Part shown: piece after piece, positions 1-9,805 of the stretch
How the letters are laid out: the number at the start of each line of letters is the position of its first letter
Position numbering within the stretch: position 1 is the first letter of the stretch
DNA from: Bryobacterales bacterium
GTDB lineage: Bacteria; Acidobacteriota; Terriglobia; Bryobacterales; UBA6623
Direction: 5' to 3'
Assembly: GCA_965226435.1 (NCBI GenBank)
Contig: CBDDCY010000008.1
Span: forward strand, 415,232-479,231
DNA length: 64,000 bases
The notes under the pieces: generated by a model
What the model saw: the letters and a program-made list of their open reading frames with translations, nothing else
Told to the model about the DNA's origin: nothing
The model's database searches: none
Translations under genes and position numbers: made by a program

Positions 1-725
1 TCGGAGGAATCGGGGTCCTTTTCCTCGGGGGTCTCCGAGGGCGGCGCCGCCGGAACGGGTTCCATATCGGGCAGCATCAACAAAGGCCGCGCCTTTTCGG
101 CCGGTCCGGAGAACTCTGTGCCCTTACTCGGCCCCGGGGCGGTTTGGGTCAGCTCGGCCAACTCCGCCGCCGATGGCGCGACCAGCACGAAAGGGGTGAT
201 GTCGGGCGCCTCGTAATGAACGGGGTTGATCGGAAACAGCTTCGGTTGCAGAATCACCAGCGTGATCCAAATCGCGTGGACCAGCAACGAACCGGCGCCG
301 GCTTCGCGACGGCCCAAGGGCCCGGCGGGGGCCCAGGTGATGCGTAGCTTATCGAGGTGCGGGTCGCGTTCGCCCGCGGCCGCGGCGGGGAGAGAAGGCC
401 GTACGGCGCGCTTTTTACTTTCTTTCCAGAAACGGCCCGCCGGGTCGTAGTCGTCGAGCAGCAGCCGCGGCGCGTCTTCGTCTATTCCGCGAGAGGCCGA
501 GGAAGAGGCCGTCTTTCGAGAGCCGTTGCCCTGCTTTGACCCGGCGCGGATTGCCTCCGGGTAGTCGTCGAGCAGGACCCGCAGTTCAAGGCCGTCTTCG
601 GCGGGCGGTAGAACAGCGTGGGGACGGGCTGGCGGATCGAGGGCCGAGCCATTCCCGGGCCGGAAGCGCTTCTTGTAGTCTTCCAGCAGTAGATCGAGGC
701 CGCGATGTTCGCCCGGCGGCGTCAC
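1..725 (-). CDS. TonB-family/energy-transducer-like membrane protein, N-terminal part (runs off window start; not in ORF track)
   Basis: Manual translation from GTG at 725, which overlaps the upstream TGA, is open to position 1. It has one TM segment (GAGSLLVHAIWITLVIL) followed by a Pro/Glu-rich linker typical of TonB. The C-terminal domain is not visible. Confidence 0.55.
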   Translation of the reverse strand, partial: MTPPGEHRGLDLLLEDYKKRFRPGNGSALDPPARPHAVLPPAEDGLELRVLLDDYPEAIRAGSKQGNGSRKTASSSASRGIDEDAPRLLLDDYDPAGRFWKESKKRAVRPSLPAAAAGERDPHLDKLRITWAPAGPLGRREAGAGSLLVHAIWITLVILQPKLFPINPVHYEAPDITPFVLVAPSAAELAELTQTAPGPSKGTEFSGPAEKARPLLMLPDMEPVPAAPPSETPEEKDPDSS

Positions 726-1675
726 TTATCTTGGGTGCGCAGCGTTTCGGCAACGATGCCGGAATGCCTCTCCATTTCCTCTACTATTGTAAGCGCCAGG
801 GCGAGCACTTCCCGCCCGTCGGCGCCCGAGACCCGGGGCGGCGTGCGGTTCTGTACACAATCGAGGAAGGATTCGATCTGTCGCACCAGGGGTTCGCCCT
901 TTTCGGTTTTGAGAGGGTGGAAGCCGATTTGGCGCGATTCGGAGACTTCGTAGACCATGCCGTCCTGCCTTGTGTAGTCGACCGAGACATATTGGCGCGG
1001 CTGAAAGAAACGCAGTTTCCGGATTTTCTCGACCGAAACGCGGCTGGCCGACAGGTTGGCCACGCAGCCGTTTTCAAACACCAGACGAACGCTGGCGATA
1101 TCGGGTTTGACCGAGAGAACCGCGATCCCGGTTGCCTCGAGGCGAGAGAGCGGGCTGTTGACCATGTTGAGCAAAATGTCGAGGTCGTGAATCATCAGAT
1201 CAAGCACGACGTCGACATCCAGGCTGCGCGGGGAAAACTGACTCATGCGATGGACTTCGAAAAAAAGCGGAAGCGTCGCGGTGTCGAGGGCGGCTTCGAC
1301 CGCCGGATTGAAGCGCTCGAGGTGGCCGACCTGGAGAATGCGGCCGTTGCTCGCGGCGGCCTCGACCAACCGATCGGCCGAGGCGAGGTCGGCGGCGATG
1401 GGTTTTTCGACCAGGACGTCGATGCCGTTTTCGAGCAACGACACGCCGACATCAGCGTGCAAGGCCGTGGGGACCGCGACGCTCGCGGCGTCGACCTTTC
1501 CGGCCAGGGCGGTGATGTCGGTCAGCGCTTCGCAGTCGAAGCGTTCGGCGATTTCAGCCGCGCGCCCGGCGTTGGCGTCGACTGCGGCGACGAGTTCGGA
1601 GTCGGGCAGGGAAGAGAGGACACGGGCGTGTTGCTGCCCGAACGACCCGACGCCGACTACTGCTGTTTTGATCAT
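722..1675 (-). CDS. Gfo/Idh/MocA-family NAD-dependent oxidoreductase (GnnA-like)
   Basis: Rossmann start MIKTAVVGVGSFG, EKP motif, GHLERFNP, DLMIHDLD; lies within the lipid A gene cluster. Confidence 0.9.
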   Translation of the reverse strand: MIKTAVVGVGSFGQQHARVLSSLPDSELVAAVDANAGRAAEIAERFDCEALTDITALAGKVDAASVAVPTALHADVGVSLLENGIDVLVEKPIAADLASADRLVEAAASNGRILQVGHLERFNPAVEAALDTATLPLFFEVHRMSQFSPRSLDVDVVLDLMIHDLDILLNMVNSPLSRLEATGIAVLSVKPDIASVRLVFENGCVANLSASRVSVEKIRKLRFFQPRQYVSVDYTRQDGMVYEVSESRQIGFHPLKTEKGEPLVRQIESFLDCVQNRTPPRVSGADGREVLALALTIVEEMERHSGIVAETLRTQDK

Positions 1676-1744
1676 CGAACCCCGTCCCACGCGTTTCCGG
1701 TCAAGCGGCCCTTGCGTGCCCGGTCGCGCTTGTTTCCACGAATT

Positions 1745-2548
1745 TCAGGCAACGCCGACGATACTGATGCCGGATTGCTCGGCCGATGCCAACAATTCGT
1801 CGCGGTCGAGCAGCAGCGTCTTTCCGGCTTCGACGGCCAGGGCCGTGGCGTTGGCTCGTCCCATTTTCTTGATCGTCGTCGGCCCTACAACGGGCACGTC
1901 AAAGCGCATGTCTTGCTCCGGCTTGGCCGCTTTCACGACGGTCATTCTACGGCCGTTGCTCAGTGCCGCCGCGCGCTCGATCACCGCGTCGGTTCCTTCC
2001 ATCGCTTCGACCGCCACGCAGGCGCGCTCGCAAATTACGACGGTTTGTCCGACGTCGAAACCGGAAAGAGCTATCGCCACGCGGCGTCCGTAGTCGATGT
2101 CGGCTTGCTCGTCATCACTGGGGGCGCGCCCGGTCAAGGGGCCTTCCGCGGCCAAACAGGGCTCCAGAAAAGCCGTCGAGTCGAGCAACTCGATTCCCGC
2201 CTCGGCCAAAACGCCCGTCACCGCGCCCAGCAGGGAATCCGTATTCTTGCCTGTCAGCGAGGCCAGGAGCTTGACCAATTTCCAATCGGGGCGAATCGAG
2301 GAATAGATCTTCGCGTGCTGTACGCGGCCCGCCATGACGGCCTCTGTGACGCCCTCTTGCTGGAGAATCTTGATCAGTTTCGACAACTCGCCGAGCGAAA
2401 CCCAGTGGCAAACGTCGGCGGCCTGTTCGATTTCGGGAAGGGCTTCTTCTTGGATCGCGACGACGACCATCGAGCGGCCTTGCTGCTTGGCGGCTTCCAG
2501 AACAAGCAACGGAAAGCGTCCGCCGCCGGCGATCAAGCCGTATTTCAT
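1745..2548 (-). CDS. lpxI: UDP-2,3-diacylglucosamine pyrophosphatase LpxI
   Basis: GLIAGGGRFP start, DVGQTVV, AVEAMEGTD, KPEQDMRFDVPVVG; directly downstream of lpxA. Confidence 0.93.
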   Translation of the reverse strand: MKYGLIAGGGRFPLLVLEAAKQQGRSMVVVAIQEEALPEIEQAADVCHWVSLGELSKLIKILQQEGVTEAVMAGRVQHAKIYSSIRPDWKLVKLLASLTGKNTDSLLGAVTGVLAEAGIELLDSTAFLEPCLAAEGPLTGRAPSDDEQADIDYGRRVAIALSGFDVGQTVVICERACVAVEAMEGTDAVIERAAALSNGRRMTVVKAAKPEQDMRFDVPVVGPTTIKKMGRANATALAVEAGKTLLLDRDELLASAEQSGISIVGVA

Positions 2549-3321
2549 TTGACGACGCCTCGTTCCGAGCTTCGAATGAATTCGGTGAGCAAGGCGACAT
2601 GCTCTTCGTCCTCGATCTCGGCGGCGATCTTATCGAGAGCTTGGTCGGTATTCAACCCGGCTTTCGTCAACACCCGGAAGGCCTTGTGGAGGCCGCCGAT
2701 CGCGTCGCTCGAAAACCCTCGCCGCTCCAAACCGACTTTGTTGACGCCGAAAACCCGCGCCCCGCGCTCGGTCACCACCAACGAAAACGGCATCACGTCT
2801 TGCGTGATCACGCTATAGCCGCCGATGTAGCAGTGTTCACCGATACGGCAAAACTGATGCACGCCGCTCTGGGCTCCAACGACGGCGAAATCCTCGACGC
2901 TCACATGGCCGCCCAAGGTCGCGCCGTGCGCCAAGATGCATTGCGAGCCGATGCGGCAGTCATGGGCGACGTGGGCGTAGGCTTGCAGCAGATTTTCGTC
3001 GCCGATCGTCGTCAGCGCTCCTCCGCCTTCGGTGCCGCGGTGAATCGTCACGAATTCGCGGATTTGGTTGCGGTTCCCGATGCGGGTTTCCGAGCGCTCG
3101 CCGCGATACTTGAGGTCTTGGGGCGCGACGCCGACGGTCGAATAGGGGTGGAAGACGTTCTCCTCGCCGATGACCGTCGGGCCCTCGACATAGACGTGCG
3201 CCAACAGCCGTGTGCCCGCGCCGATTTCCACTTCTTCGCCGATGACACAGAAGGGCCCGATTTCGGCGCTCGGGTCGATGCGGGCTGCCCGATGAATGAC
3301 CGCGGTCGAGTGGGACGCCAT
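2545..3321 (-). CDS. lpxA: UDP-N-acetylglucosamine acyltransferase LpxA
   Basis: Hexapeptide repeats, PQDLKY, TIHRGT, HVAHDC, GVHQFCRIG. Confidence 0.96.
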   Translation of the reverse strand: MASHSTAVIHRAARIDPSAEIGPFCVIGEEVEIGAGTRLLAHVYVEGPTVIGEENVFHPYSTVGVAPQDLKYRGERSETRIGNRNQIREFVTIHRGTEGGGALTTIGDENLLQAYAHVAHDCRIGSQCILAHGATLGGHVSVEDFAVVGAQSGVHQFCRIGEHCYIGGYSVITQDVMPFSLVVTERGARVFGVNKVGLERRGFSSDAIGGLHKAFRVLTKAGLNTDQALDKIAAEIEDEEHVALLTEFIRSSERGVVK

Positions 3322-3328
3322 GAGCCCC

Positions 3329-3832
3329 CTATTCGTTTTCTTTCGGGGTGGCGGGCGGGGCGGAAAGAGGCTGCCGACTGCCGGCGATCGCCGACTTGTC
3401 GGCCGTTTGGCACATCAAGACGGCTTCGGCGACCAGCTTTCCGTCGACCGTTGCCTTTCCGCTCATTCGAAAGATGAACGATCGCCGCCTGAGCAGCTTC
3501 ATTTCGATCCGCAACTGATCGCCGGGAAAGACGGGTCGCCGGAATTTGGCCTGCTCGATGGAGGTGAACAAGACCAATTTCGTCTCCAGTTGCGCGGCCG
3601 TGGCGGGTTCGGAGCTTAGCAGCCATACCGCGCCGACTTGCGCCATCGCCTCGACCACCAGCACGCCGGGCATGACCGGGAAATCGGGGAAGTGGCCTTG
3701 GAAGTAGGGCTCGTTGGCGGAGACGTTCTTGATGCCGATCACGTGGTCGTCATCCATCTCGTCGATGCGGTCGACCAGCAACAGCGGATAGCGGTGCGGC
3801 AGGATCTCGCGGATTTGATGAATGTCGAGCAT
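3329..3832 (-). CDS. fabZ: 3-hydroxyacyl-ACP dehydratase FabZ
   Basis: LPHRYPLLLVDRI, FQGHFPDFPVMPGVLVVEAMAQ. Confidence 0.96.
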   Translation of the reverse strand: MLDIHQIREILPHRYPLLLVDRIDEMDDDHVIGIKNVSANEPYFQGHFPDFPVMPGVLVVEAMAQVGAVWLLSSEPATAAQLETKLVLFTSIEQAKFRRPVFPGDQLRIEMKLLRRRSFIFRMSGKATVDGKLVAEAVLMCQTADKSAIAGSRQPLSAPPATPKENE

Positions 3833-3907
3833 CGGGGCGTGAAGTCGGGCCGCGAATCAAGATCGCGTCCGCGGGCGGACGCGCGAAAACGCCTTGAAAG
3901 AAAGGGG

Positions 3908-3913
3908 TATTAT
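3908..3913 (-). promoter_or_regulatory. sigma70 -10 element (TATAAT) of the fabZ-lpxA-lpxI operon
   Basis: Perfect TATAAT on the minus strand about 75 nt upstream of the fabZ start. Confidence 0.55.
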
Positions 3914-4061
3914 AGCACCGGACCCCCGGAGGCCCCGCCCGCTCCGCCGACCCGACTCTCTTTTTTTCGCGGCGGGAATCTTTCAGCGCGAACAGGCCCG
4001 TTTCGTGTACCATGGACAAACGCGCGCGAGGCTCTCGCGCGCCGATAGGGAGGTTCAGGAG

Positions 4062-5273
4062 ATGAATAGCAATCACGTCGGCCGATGGACGGCCGCGATC
4101 ACCGCGCTGATGGTCGGGTTATTTCTGCCGGCTTGCAGTTTACCCAAGGATGGGGCCGGTCCCGAAACCAAAGCGACGTTTACGTCGGAGGTTTTCGGCA
4201 CAACGGCGGACGGCCAAGAAGCGCTGATCTATACGTTGACAAATTCGAATGGCGAGGAAGTTCGCATCACCAACTACGGCGGGATCGTCGTTTCGCTCAA
4301 GGTGCCCGACAAGGACGGCAATCTGGGCGACGTCGTGCTCGGCTTTGACAAGTTGGAGGATTACATCAAGGACTCGCCCTACTTCGGCGCGATCATCGGG
4401 CGCTACGGCAACCGTATCGGCAAGGCCAAATTCGCCCTGGGTCAGGATCTTTACGAGCTGGCGGCCAACGATGGCGAGAACCACCTCCATGGCGGGGAAA
4501 AGGGCTTCGACAAAGTTGTGTGGACCGCGGAAGCCTATATCGATTACAACGCTGCGGTTCTGCGGCTCGAATATGTGAGCGAAGACGGGGAAGAAGGTTA
4601 TCCGGGCAACCTAGACACCCGCGTGACTTACAAATGGACGGACGATTCGGAGTTACAGATCGAATACCGCGCGACGACCGACAAAGCCACGGTCGTCAAT
4701 CTGACGAATCACTCCTATTTCAACCTCAAGGACGCCGGTGCAAGCTCGATCCTCGACCATGAATTGATGATCGACGCCGACCGTTTTACTCCGATCGACG
4801 ACAAGTTGATTCCCGACGGCAAAATCGGGTTGGCGGCCGAGACGCCGCTCGACTTTCTCGAGTCGACGCCGATCGGCGAGAACATCGACGCCGAGCTGAA
4901 CCAGTTGGAATTCGGGGGAGGGTACGATCTGAACTATATCCTCAACCGCCGCGGCGACGGCCTCTTTTTGGCCGCCAGGGTGACCGAGCCGACAACCGGG
5001 CGCGTGATGGAAGTGTACACGACCGAGCCCGGGATTCAGTTCTATAGCGGCAATTTCCTTGACGGCCATCACATCGGCAAAGGCGGCGCGGCGTATCAGC
5101 ACCGTAGCGCGTTCTGCCTGGAGACGCAGCATTATCCGGATTCACCCAATATCGAGGGTTTCCCGTCCACCGTGCTGACGCCGGGGACGACCTATCAATC
5201 GAAGACCGTCTACAAGTTTTCAACCGTGGACGGGGGTGAAGCGCCGGCGGACGAAGCGCCGGCGAGCGAGTAA
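4062..5273 (+). CDS. galM: Aldose 1-epimerase (mutarotase), probably exported lipoprotein
   Basis: GRYGNRI, NHLHGG, NLTNHSYFNL, GYDLNY, FCLETQHYPDSPN; N-terminal hydrophobic stretch ending FLPAC; start re-assigned to ATG 4062 after the AGGAG RBS. Confidence 0.9.
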   Translation: MNSNHVGRWTAAITALMVGLFLPACSLPKDGAGPETKATFTSEVFGTTADGQEALIYTLTNSNGEEVRITNYGGIVVSLKVPDKDGNLGDVVLGFDKLEDYIKDSPYFGAIIGRYGNRIGKAKFALGQDLYELAANDGENHLHGGEKGFDKVVWTAEAYIDYNAAVLRLEYVSEDGEEGYPGNLDTRVTYKWTDDSELQIEYRATTDKATVVNLTNHSYFNLKDAGASSILDHELMIDADRFTPIDDKLIPDGKIGLAAETPLDFLESTPIGENIDAELNQLEFGGGYDLNYILNRRGDGLFLAARVTEPTTGRVMEVYTTEPGIQFYSGNFLDGHHIGKGGAAYQHRSAFCLETQHYPDSPNIEGFPSTVLTPGTTYQSKTVYKFSTVDGGEAPADEAPASE

Positions 5274-5450
5274 CGGCCGCCGTTCGGCTCCGCATGTTTC
5301 AAGGTCACTAACGGCCAAGGTCGCCGACGGGTTGATTTTCGATCCGTTGGCCGCCTTCTTGCGTACGTTCGAACGGAGTACTCGCCGCCACCGATCGCAG
5401 CCGGAGACCAGGGGAAGCGGAGGGAAGTAAAGCTGCTCTCGGCCTCGGCG

Positions 5451-6479
5451 CTACGCTCCCTGTTTGCGAGAGATTGGGGAGAGCGAGCGAGCCCCGGCCG
5501 GACGCGAGCGAGTACGGAAGCCGACCGCCCCGTCGCGGCTGACGAAGGTCTTTGACATGCGGTCGTGCCAGGTGAGCTTTTCGTCGTCAAGCAACGCCCA
5601 AACAAATCCCATACCGAACGTGGTTGTGCTAAAGAGCAGGCCCAGAGCCCTCGCGGCGCGCTGACGCCCGTTGGCGCGACGGCCGCGGAAGCTAAGCAGG
5701 CGTAGTCCCAGCCACGTCATCCCCGGGGTTTCGCCGAAATAACCCACATAGAAGGCCCAGTAAAATCCCGTCACCAGAAACGCCGTGACGCCGATGGCCC
5801 GCGCCCCTTCACGGTCCGCCGAGATCACTCCGCCCATCCAGTGGAAGACGCCCCAAAACGCCCCCAGGGCGATGATCAGCAGCGCCGTATCGAGCATGCC
5901 GGCAAAAAAGCGAATGGGCAATGGTGCAACGGTCGCGGAGCAACGTACTTCGTTAGGCGTAGCCGACCGCGGCTCGACAGCGGCTTCGACCGCGACAACT
6001 TCGGCCGGCCGCGGTATTCCCATGCCGACCGGTGGTGGAAACAGATGATCGGGCTGTATGTTCGCGGCGGCGGCCGCAACAGAAACAGCCTCGGGCCCTA
6101 CCGGCGCACCGCCGTTCGAGGCAACCTCGGCCGCGTGGAGTTCAAGCCACGTCCCGGCGGGCGCGGATTCGAAGCGGTCATTGTCGGTCCCGGCGACCGG
6201 CCCGCGATCCGGAAACCTCGCTCCACGCTCGATGGAAATAACGTTGGGACCGGCGGTCGTGTCGCTCCCCTCCCGCTTCGCCGCCGCCGCTAGGGCGCCG
6301 TCGCGCCGTTGACGGTATGCGTCCAAGCGGCGATGTAGTTCCTGCCGCCAGGGCGCGGCGGCGGCTCCTCCGTAACTGTCTCCGGATTGCGATCGGTGAC
6401 GCGGTTCGTCGAGCCGCCTGCCGCAGTGCACGCAGCGGACTTCGTCCTCATTGAGATGACCGCAATGGCCGCAAATCAT
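5451..6479 (-). CDS. RDD-family membrane protein with N-terminal zinc ribbon
   Basis: CGHC...CVHC at N-terminus; RFFAGMLD, GETPGM..LGLR and LTWHDRMSKT RDD signatures. Confidence 0.85.
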   Translation of the reverse strand: MICGHCGHLNEDEVRCVHCGRRLDEPRHRSQSGDSYGGAAAAPWRQELHRRLDAYRQRRDGALAAAAKREGSDTTAGPNVISIERGARFPDRGPVAGTDNDRFESAPAGTWLELHAAEVASNGGAPVGPEAVSVAAAAANIQPDHLFPPPVGMGIPRPAEVVAVEAAVEPRSATPNEVRCSATVAPLPIRFFAGMLDTALLIIALGAFWGVFHWMGGVISADREGARAIGVTAFLVTGFYWAFYVGYFGETPGMTWLGLRLLSFRGRRANGRQRAARALGLLFSTTTFGMGFVWALLDDEKLTWHDRMSKTFVSRDGAVGFRTRSRPAGARSLSPISRKQGA

Positions 6480-6812
6480 ATCGTGGTTCCGCGAATCCCT
6501 CGTGCGAACCTAATTACTATCGGCACGACGAGGTGACGCCGTTAGGCGACACCGATGTTTCGTCAGGCGAGGGCGCCTTGCTTCCAATACTAGAACATTC
6601 TATCGTATAAATGTTTTATCCCGAAACCCCCGGAACCTCACCGCTGCCCGGCTCGCGAGAAGGATGCGGAGAGTCGCTGCTGTTCCGGTACCAGGCGACC
6701 ACCTCGCGCGCGGCGTTCACTGTATGCTCGCGGGGACGGTGTTTTTCGGTACACTTTTTCTCCGAACGGCTTTCGGCGCATGGCGACGTGCCGCTCGGTT
6801 CTGTTGACCACG

Positions 6813-7967
6813 ATGCTTGTTGCCGGACTCATGAGCGGAACGTCGGTGGACGGCATCGACGTGGCCCTGGTCGAGATTACGGGCGAGGGCTACGAAATGC
6901 GCGTTGAGCCGGCGGCCTTCCAGGCGTTGCCCTACCCGGCCGGCGTGCGCGAGGCGATTCTGGCCGTGTCGAACGCCCAGACCCACACGTCTCACATCAG
7001 TCAATTGAACTTTCTGCTCGGGCGGCTGTACGGCGAGGCGATTGTCGAGGCCTGCCGGCTGTCGGGGGTTCCGGTCGCCGACCTCGACTTAGTGGGCTCT
7101 CACGGGCAGACGATTTACCATCAGCCGACCGCATCGAGGCTCGCCGGGCGCCTGGTGCGCGGCACCATGCAGATCGGCGAGCCGGCGTTGATCGCCGAAA
7201 TAACCGGTGTTCCGGTGGTTGCCGATTTTCGTCCCGCCGATATGGCCGCCGGCGGGCAGGGGGCGCCGCTGGTTCCCTATGTGGATTACCTTCTCTATCG
7301 TGATGCTGAACGGGGCAGGGTGGCGCTGAATATCGGGGGAATCGCCAATCTCACCGCGATCGGACCGGGTGCGGGACCCGGCGAGGTAATTGCATTCGAC
7401 ACAGGCCCTGGGAATATGATCATCGACGGGCTTGTCGAGCAGTTCACCAACGGCGCGGAGCGGTTCGACCGCGATGGCGAACGAGCGGCATCGGGGCAGG
7501 CGGACGAAGAGTTGCTCGATCGTCTGACAAGGCTGCCCTACTTCGACGAGCCGCCCCCAAAAAGCGCCGGGCGCGAGCAGTTTGGAGGGGCCTTCGTGGC
7601 GGATTTAGCGGCGCGAGGGCTCGGTCCTCACGATCTGATCGCGACGGTGACGGCTTTCACCGCCGAAACGATCGCCGCGGGCATTAGGAAATGGGTTGCC
7701 CCGACCATGCCGGTCGATCAACTGATCGCGGCGGGTGGGGGAACTCACAATCCCGAAATCATGCGCCGTTTAGCCGAGCTGCTGCCCGACACCGAGATCA
7801 TCCCGGCGAGTGTGTTGGGGCCCGCGGCGGATGCCAAGGAAGCCGCGGCGTTTGCCATTTTGGCCCACGAAACCTTCCATCGTCGGGCTGCCAATCTTCC
7901 ATCGGCGACCGGCGCGCGGCGGGCCTGCGTCCTCGGGAAGTTGAGTTGGCCCCCGCCGAAGAGCTGA
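6813..7967 (+). CDS. anmK: Anhydro-N-acetylmuramic acid kinase
   Basis: GLMSGTSVDGID, GSHGQTIYH, GGQGAPLVP, NIGGIAN, FDTGPGN, KEAAAFA. Confidence 0.95.
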   Translation: MLVAGLMSGTSVDGIDVALVEITGEGYEMRVEPAAFQALPYPAGVREAILAVSNAQTHTSHISQLNFLLGRLYGEAIVEACRLSGVPVADLDLVGSHGQTIYHQPTASRLAGRLVRGTMQIGEPALIAEITGVPVVADFRPADMAAGGQGAPLVPYVDYLLYRDAERGRVALNIGGIANLTAIGPGAGPGEVIAFDTGPGNMIIDGLVEQFTNGAERFDRDGERAASGQADEELLDRLTRLPYFDEPPPKSAGREQFGGAFVADLAARGLGPHDLIATVTAFTAETIAAGIRKWVAPTMPVDQLIAAGGGTHNPEIMRRLAELLPDTEIIPASVLGPAADAKEAAAFAILAHETFHRRAANLPSATGARRACVLGKLSWPPPKS

Positions 7968-8012
7968 GGCGTTACCTCGTCCGAACCGAGGCCGCCGCCA
8001 GCGTGCGGCGGA

Positions 8013-8651
8013 TTAGAGGCCGTAGGCGACGCCGAATTCGCTCGTGACGAGTTCCTTCATGGCGGCGGCGTAGAATGCGTTGCTGCGTTCACGAATGGGT
8101 TTTTCCACCCGCTCCGGGAAGGCCAGATGCTCCAGCTCGTGGAGGAACACCGCCAGCAGGGCGATGTGAAAGCGATAGTATTCCAGATCAGCTTCCGCTT
8201 CCTTGCCGAATTGTTCGTGATCGATGACGGCGAGGTCGGAAAGCGGCAAGGGCTCCCATTCTCGGATCGCTTGGATCGCTAAGTCGATCTCGCCGACTTC
8301 GCGTCCGGTGTCGGCGGAGACTCGCCGCGACAAGCGGCTTTCGGTGCCCCGGCGGTGATGGTGCCCGAGGCAGCCGCAGGCATTACGCTGTCTCAACACC
8401 GCCACGACCAGCGACGGTACGGCCTCCAGCGTTTCGGCGTAGGCCGCGCGCAATTGCGTGGAAAGCGAATGGTAAATTCCGCTCAGCGATGACTGGAGCG
8501 AAGTCGCGTAAGCTTCGTGTCCTCGGGGGTAACCGGCGACGACGAGCGGCAGATCGTCACCGGCTCGGAGCAGGAGCTGATCCCGGCCGCGAAGCTTGTC
8601 AAGAACACGGGCAAGCAGGCCGGGAGGGTGGATCTCGGGCCGTTCGGTCAC
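8013..8651 (-). CDS. Hypothetical protein with HExxH zinc-metalloprotease-like motif
   Basis: LAVFLHELEHLAFPE; preceded by TATGAT and a GAGGAGG RBS. Confidence 0.65.
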   Translation of the reverse strand: MTERPEIHPPGLLARVLDKLRGRDQLLLRAGDDLPLVVAGYPRGHEAYATSLQSSLSGIYHSLSTQLRAAYAETLEAVPSLVVAVLRQRNACGCLGHHHRRGTESRLSRRVSADTGREVGEIDLAIQAIREWEPLPLSDLAVIDHEQFGKEAEADLEYYRFHIALLAVFLHELEHLAFPERVEKPIRERSNAFYAAAMKELVTSEFGVAYGL

Positions 8652-8797
8652 GAAAGACCTCCTCTCTCATCATAGTCGTGTGGATTCGACGAGGCAGCGG
8701 CCGTGCCTAGCATGGCGTACGGAATCGACCGGTTTAACGGAGGCCCTTAGCCGCGGCCGGTCGATCGTGTGTTTTGGCTGTCAGGAGAAAACGCGCG

Positions 8798-9764
8798 CTA
8801 GCGGTTCGGGGGCGGCGGAATCGTGAGGTCTTTCTTGATTGCCGCTTTCCGCTCCCCGGGGGGCGTCGGCTTCTGTTGCATGTAGGCTTCGTTGCGAACA
8901 TCTATGTTGACGGCCTCGCGGATCTCAGTGACCTTTTGTCGCAGTTTCGTGGCCTGAATCCGTCCGGCCATGTCGTTCTTGACCTTCTGCATCGGCTCGG
9001 CATCGACGGCGGTTACCCGGAAGATATAAAACCGCCCGCCATGCTGTCTGGCATCGGAAAACGCGCCGGACTCGAGCGAGAAGATGACATCCTTGAGGGG
9101 GGTCGGGATCTTCGCATCGTGTTTGAAGCTGCCCAAATCGCCGCCCTTTTTTCGCCGAGGTGTTGTCGGTCGAGTGCTGCTGGGCCAGTTCCGCGAAATC
9201 GGCGCCCTCCCTTAGTTGCGCGACGAGGTCTTTGGCCTTGAGGCGTGCTTCGTTTTCCGAAAACGGGCGCTCTCCGTTGACGGCGGGAGCCTTTTCCGGA
9301 TCCAGCGAATAGTCAATGTAGATGGCTGAGACGCTGCGTTCTTCGAACTGAGCGCGATTAGCGTCGTAGTAGGCCTGGAATTCCTCCTCGGTGATTGTGA
9401 TGGACTTGCTCAGGTCGCGTATGAAGACCTGCGCGAAGAAGTCGAGACGGATGAATTCGAGCTGAGTTCGGAACGGCTCTTTGTCGGGCAAGCCCTCGGC
9501 TTCGGCTTTTTTCGCGAAACCCAAGAGCCCGGCGTAGACCCGAATCAGAGCGCCGTTATCCATCAAAGCGGCGCCTTTCTGGTAGTTGGCCGGCAGGGAT
9601 TTCCGCAGTAAATCGATTTGCCCGGCCGTGTATTCCACATCGTCAACGACCACGACGACGTCATCGGGCGCGATGGCCTCTTGTGCCCAAGCGGGGCTCG
9701 CGGAGAAGCCGAGCAGGCACACCAAAACGACGAATTTGCATGGATGAAAGACTAAGGATGACAT
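8798..9764 (-). pseudogene. Exported PpiC/parvulin-type peptidyl-prolyl isomerase, split by one extra base at about 9144-9152 (real or assembly error)
   Basis: Signal peptide; GADFAELAQQHSTD..SAKK continues as GGDLGSF in the other frame (8798-9136); the break is in an A5G4 run. Confidence 0.8.
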
Positions 9765-9805
9765 TTTTCCGAAGGCCTAAACTGTTGACGGAAGAGGAGT
9801 AAAGG

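Noticed and set aside
536-2818. 760-aa plus-strand ORF, and similar long ORFs such as 18682-19947, 9956-11230, 16717-17769, 27708-28856 and 48344-49606
   Set aside because: Antisense shadows of well-supported genes, expected from high-GC codon bias; no recognisable motifs.
4022-4042. GCGCGCGAG-GCT-CTCGCGCGC hairpin in the galM leader
   Set aside because: A single GC hairpin with no U-tract and no other copy seen; insufficient for a functional call.
5276-5450. Coding-like intergenic stretch between galM and the RDD gene
   Set aside because: No start signal or recognisable motif in any frame.
9148-9152. AAAAAG as a programmed -1 frameshift site in the PPIase
   Set aside because: Restoring the frame needs +1 (or -2), and the heptamer is not a canonical X XXY YYZ.
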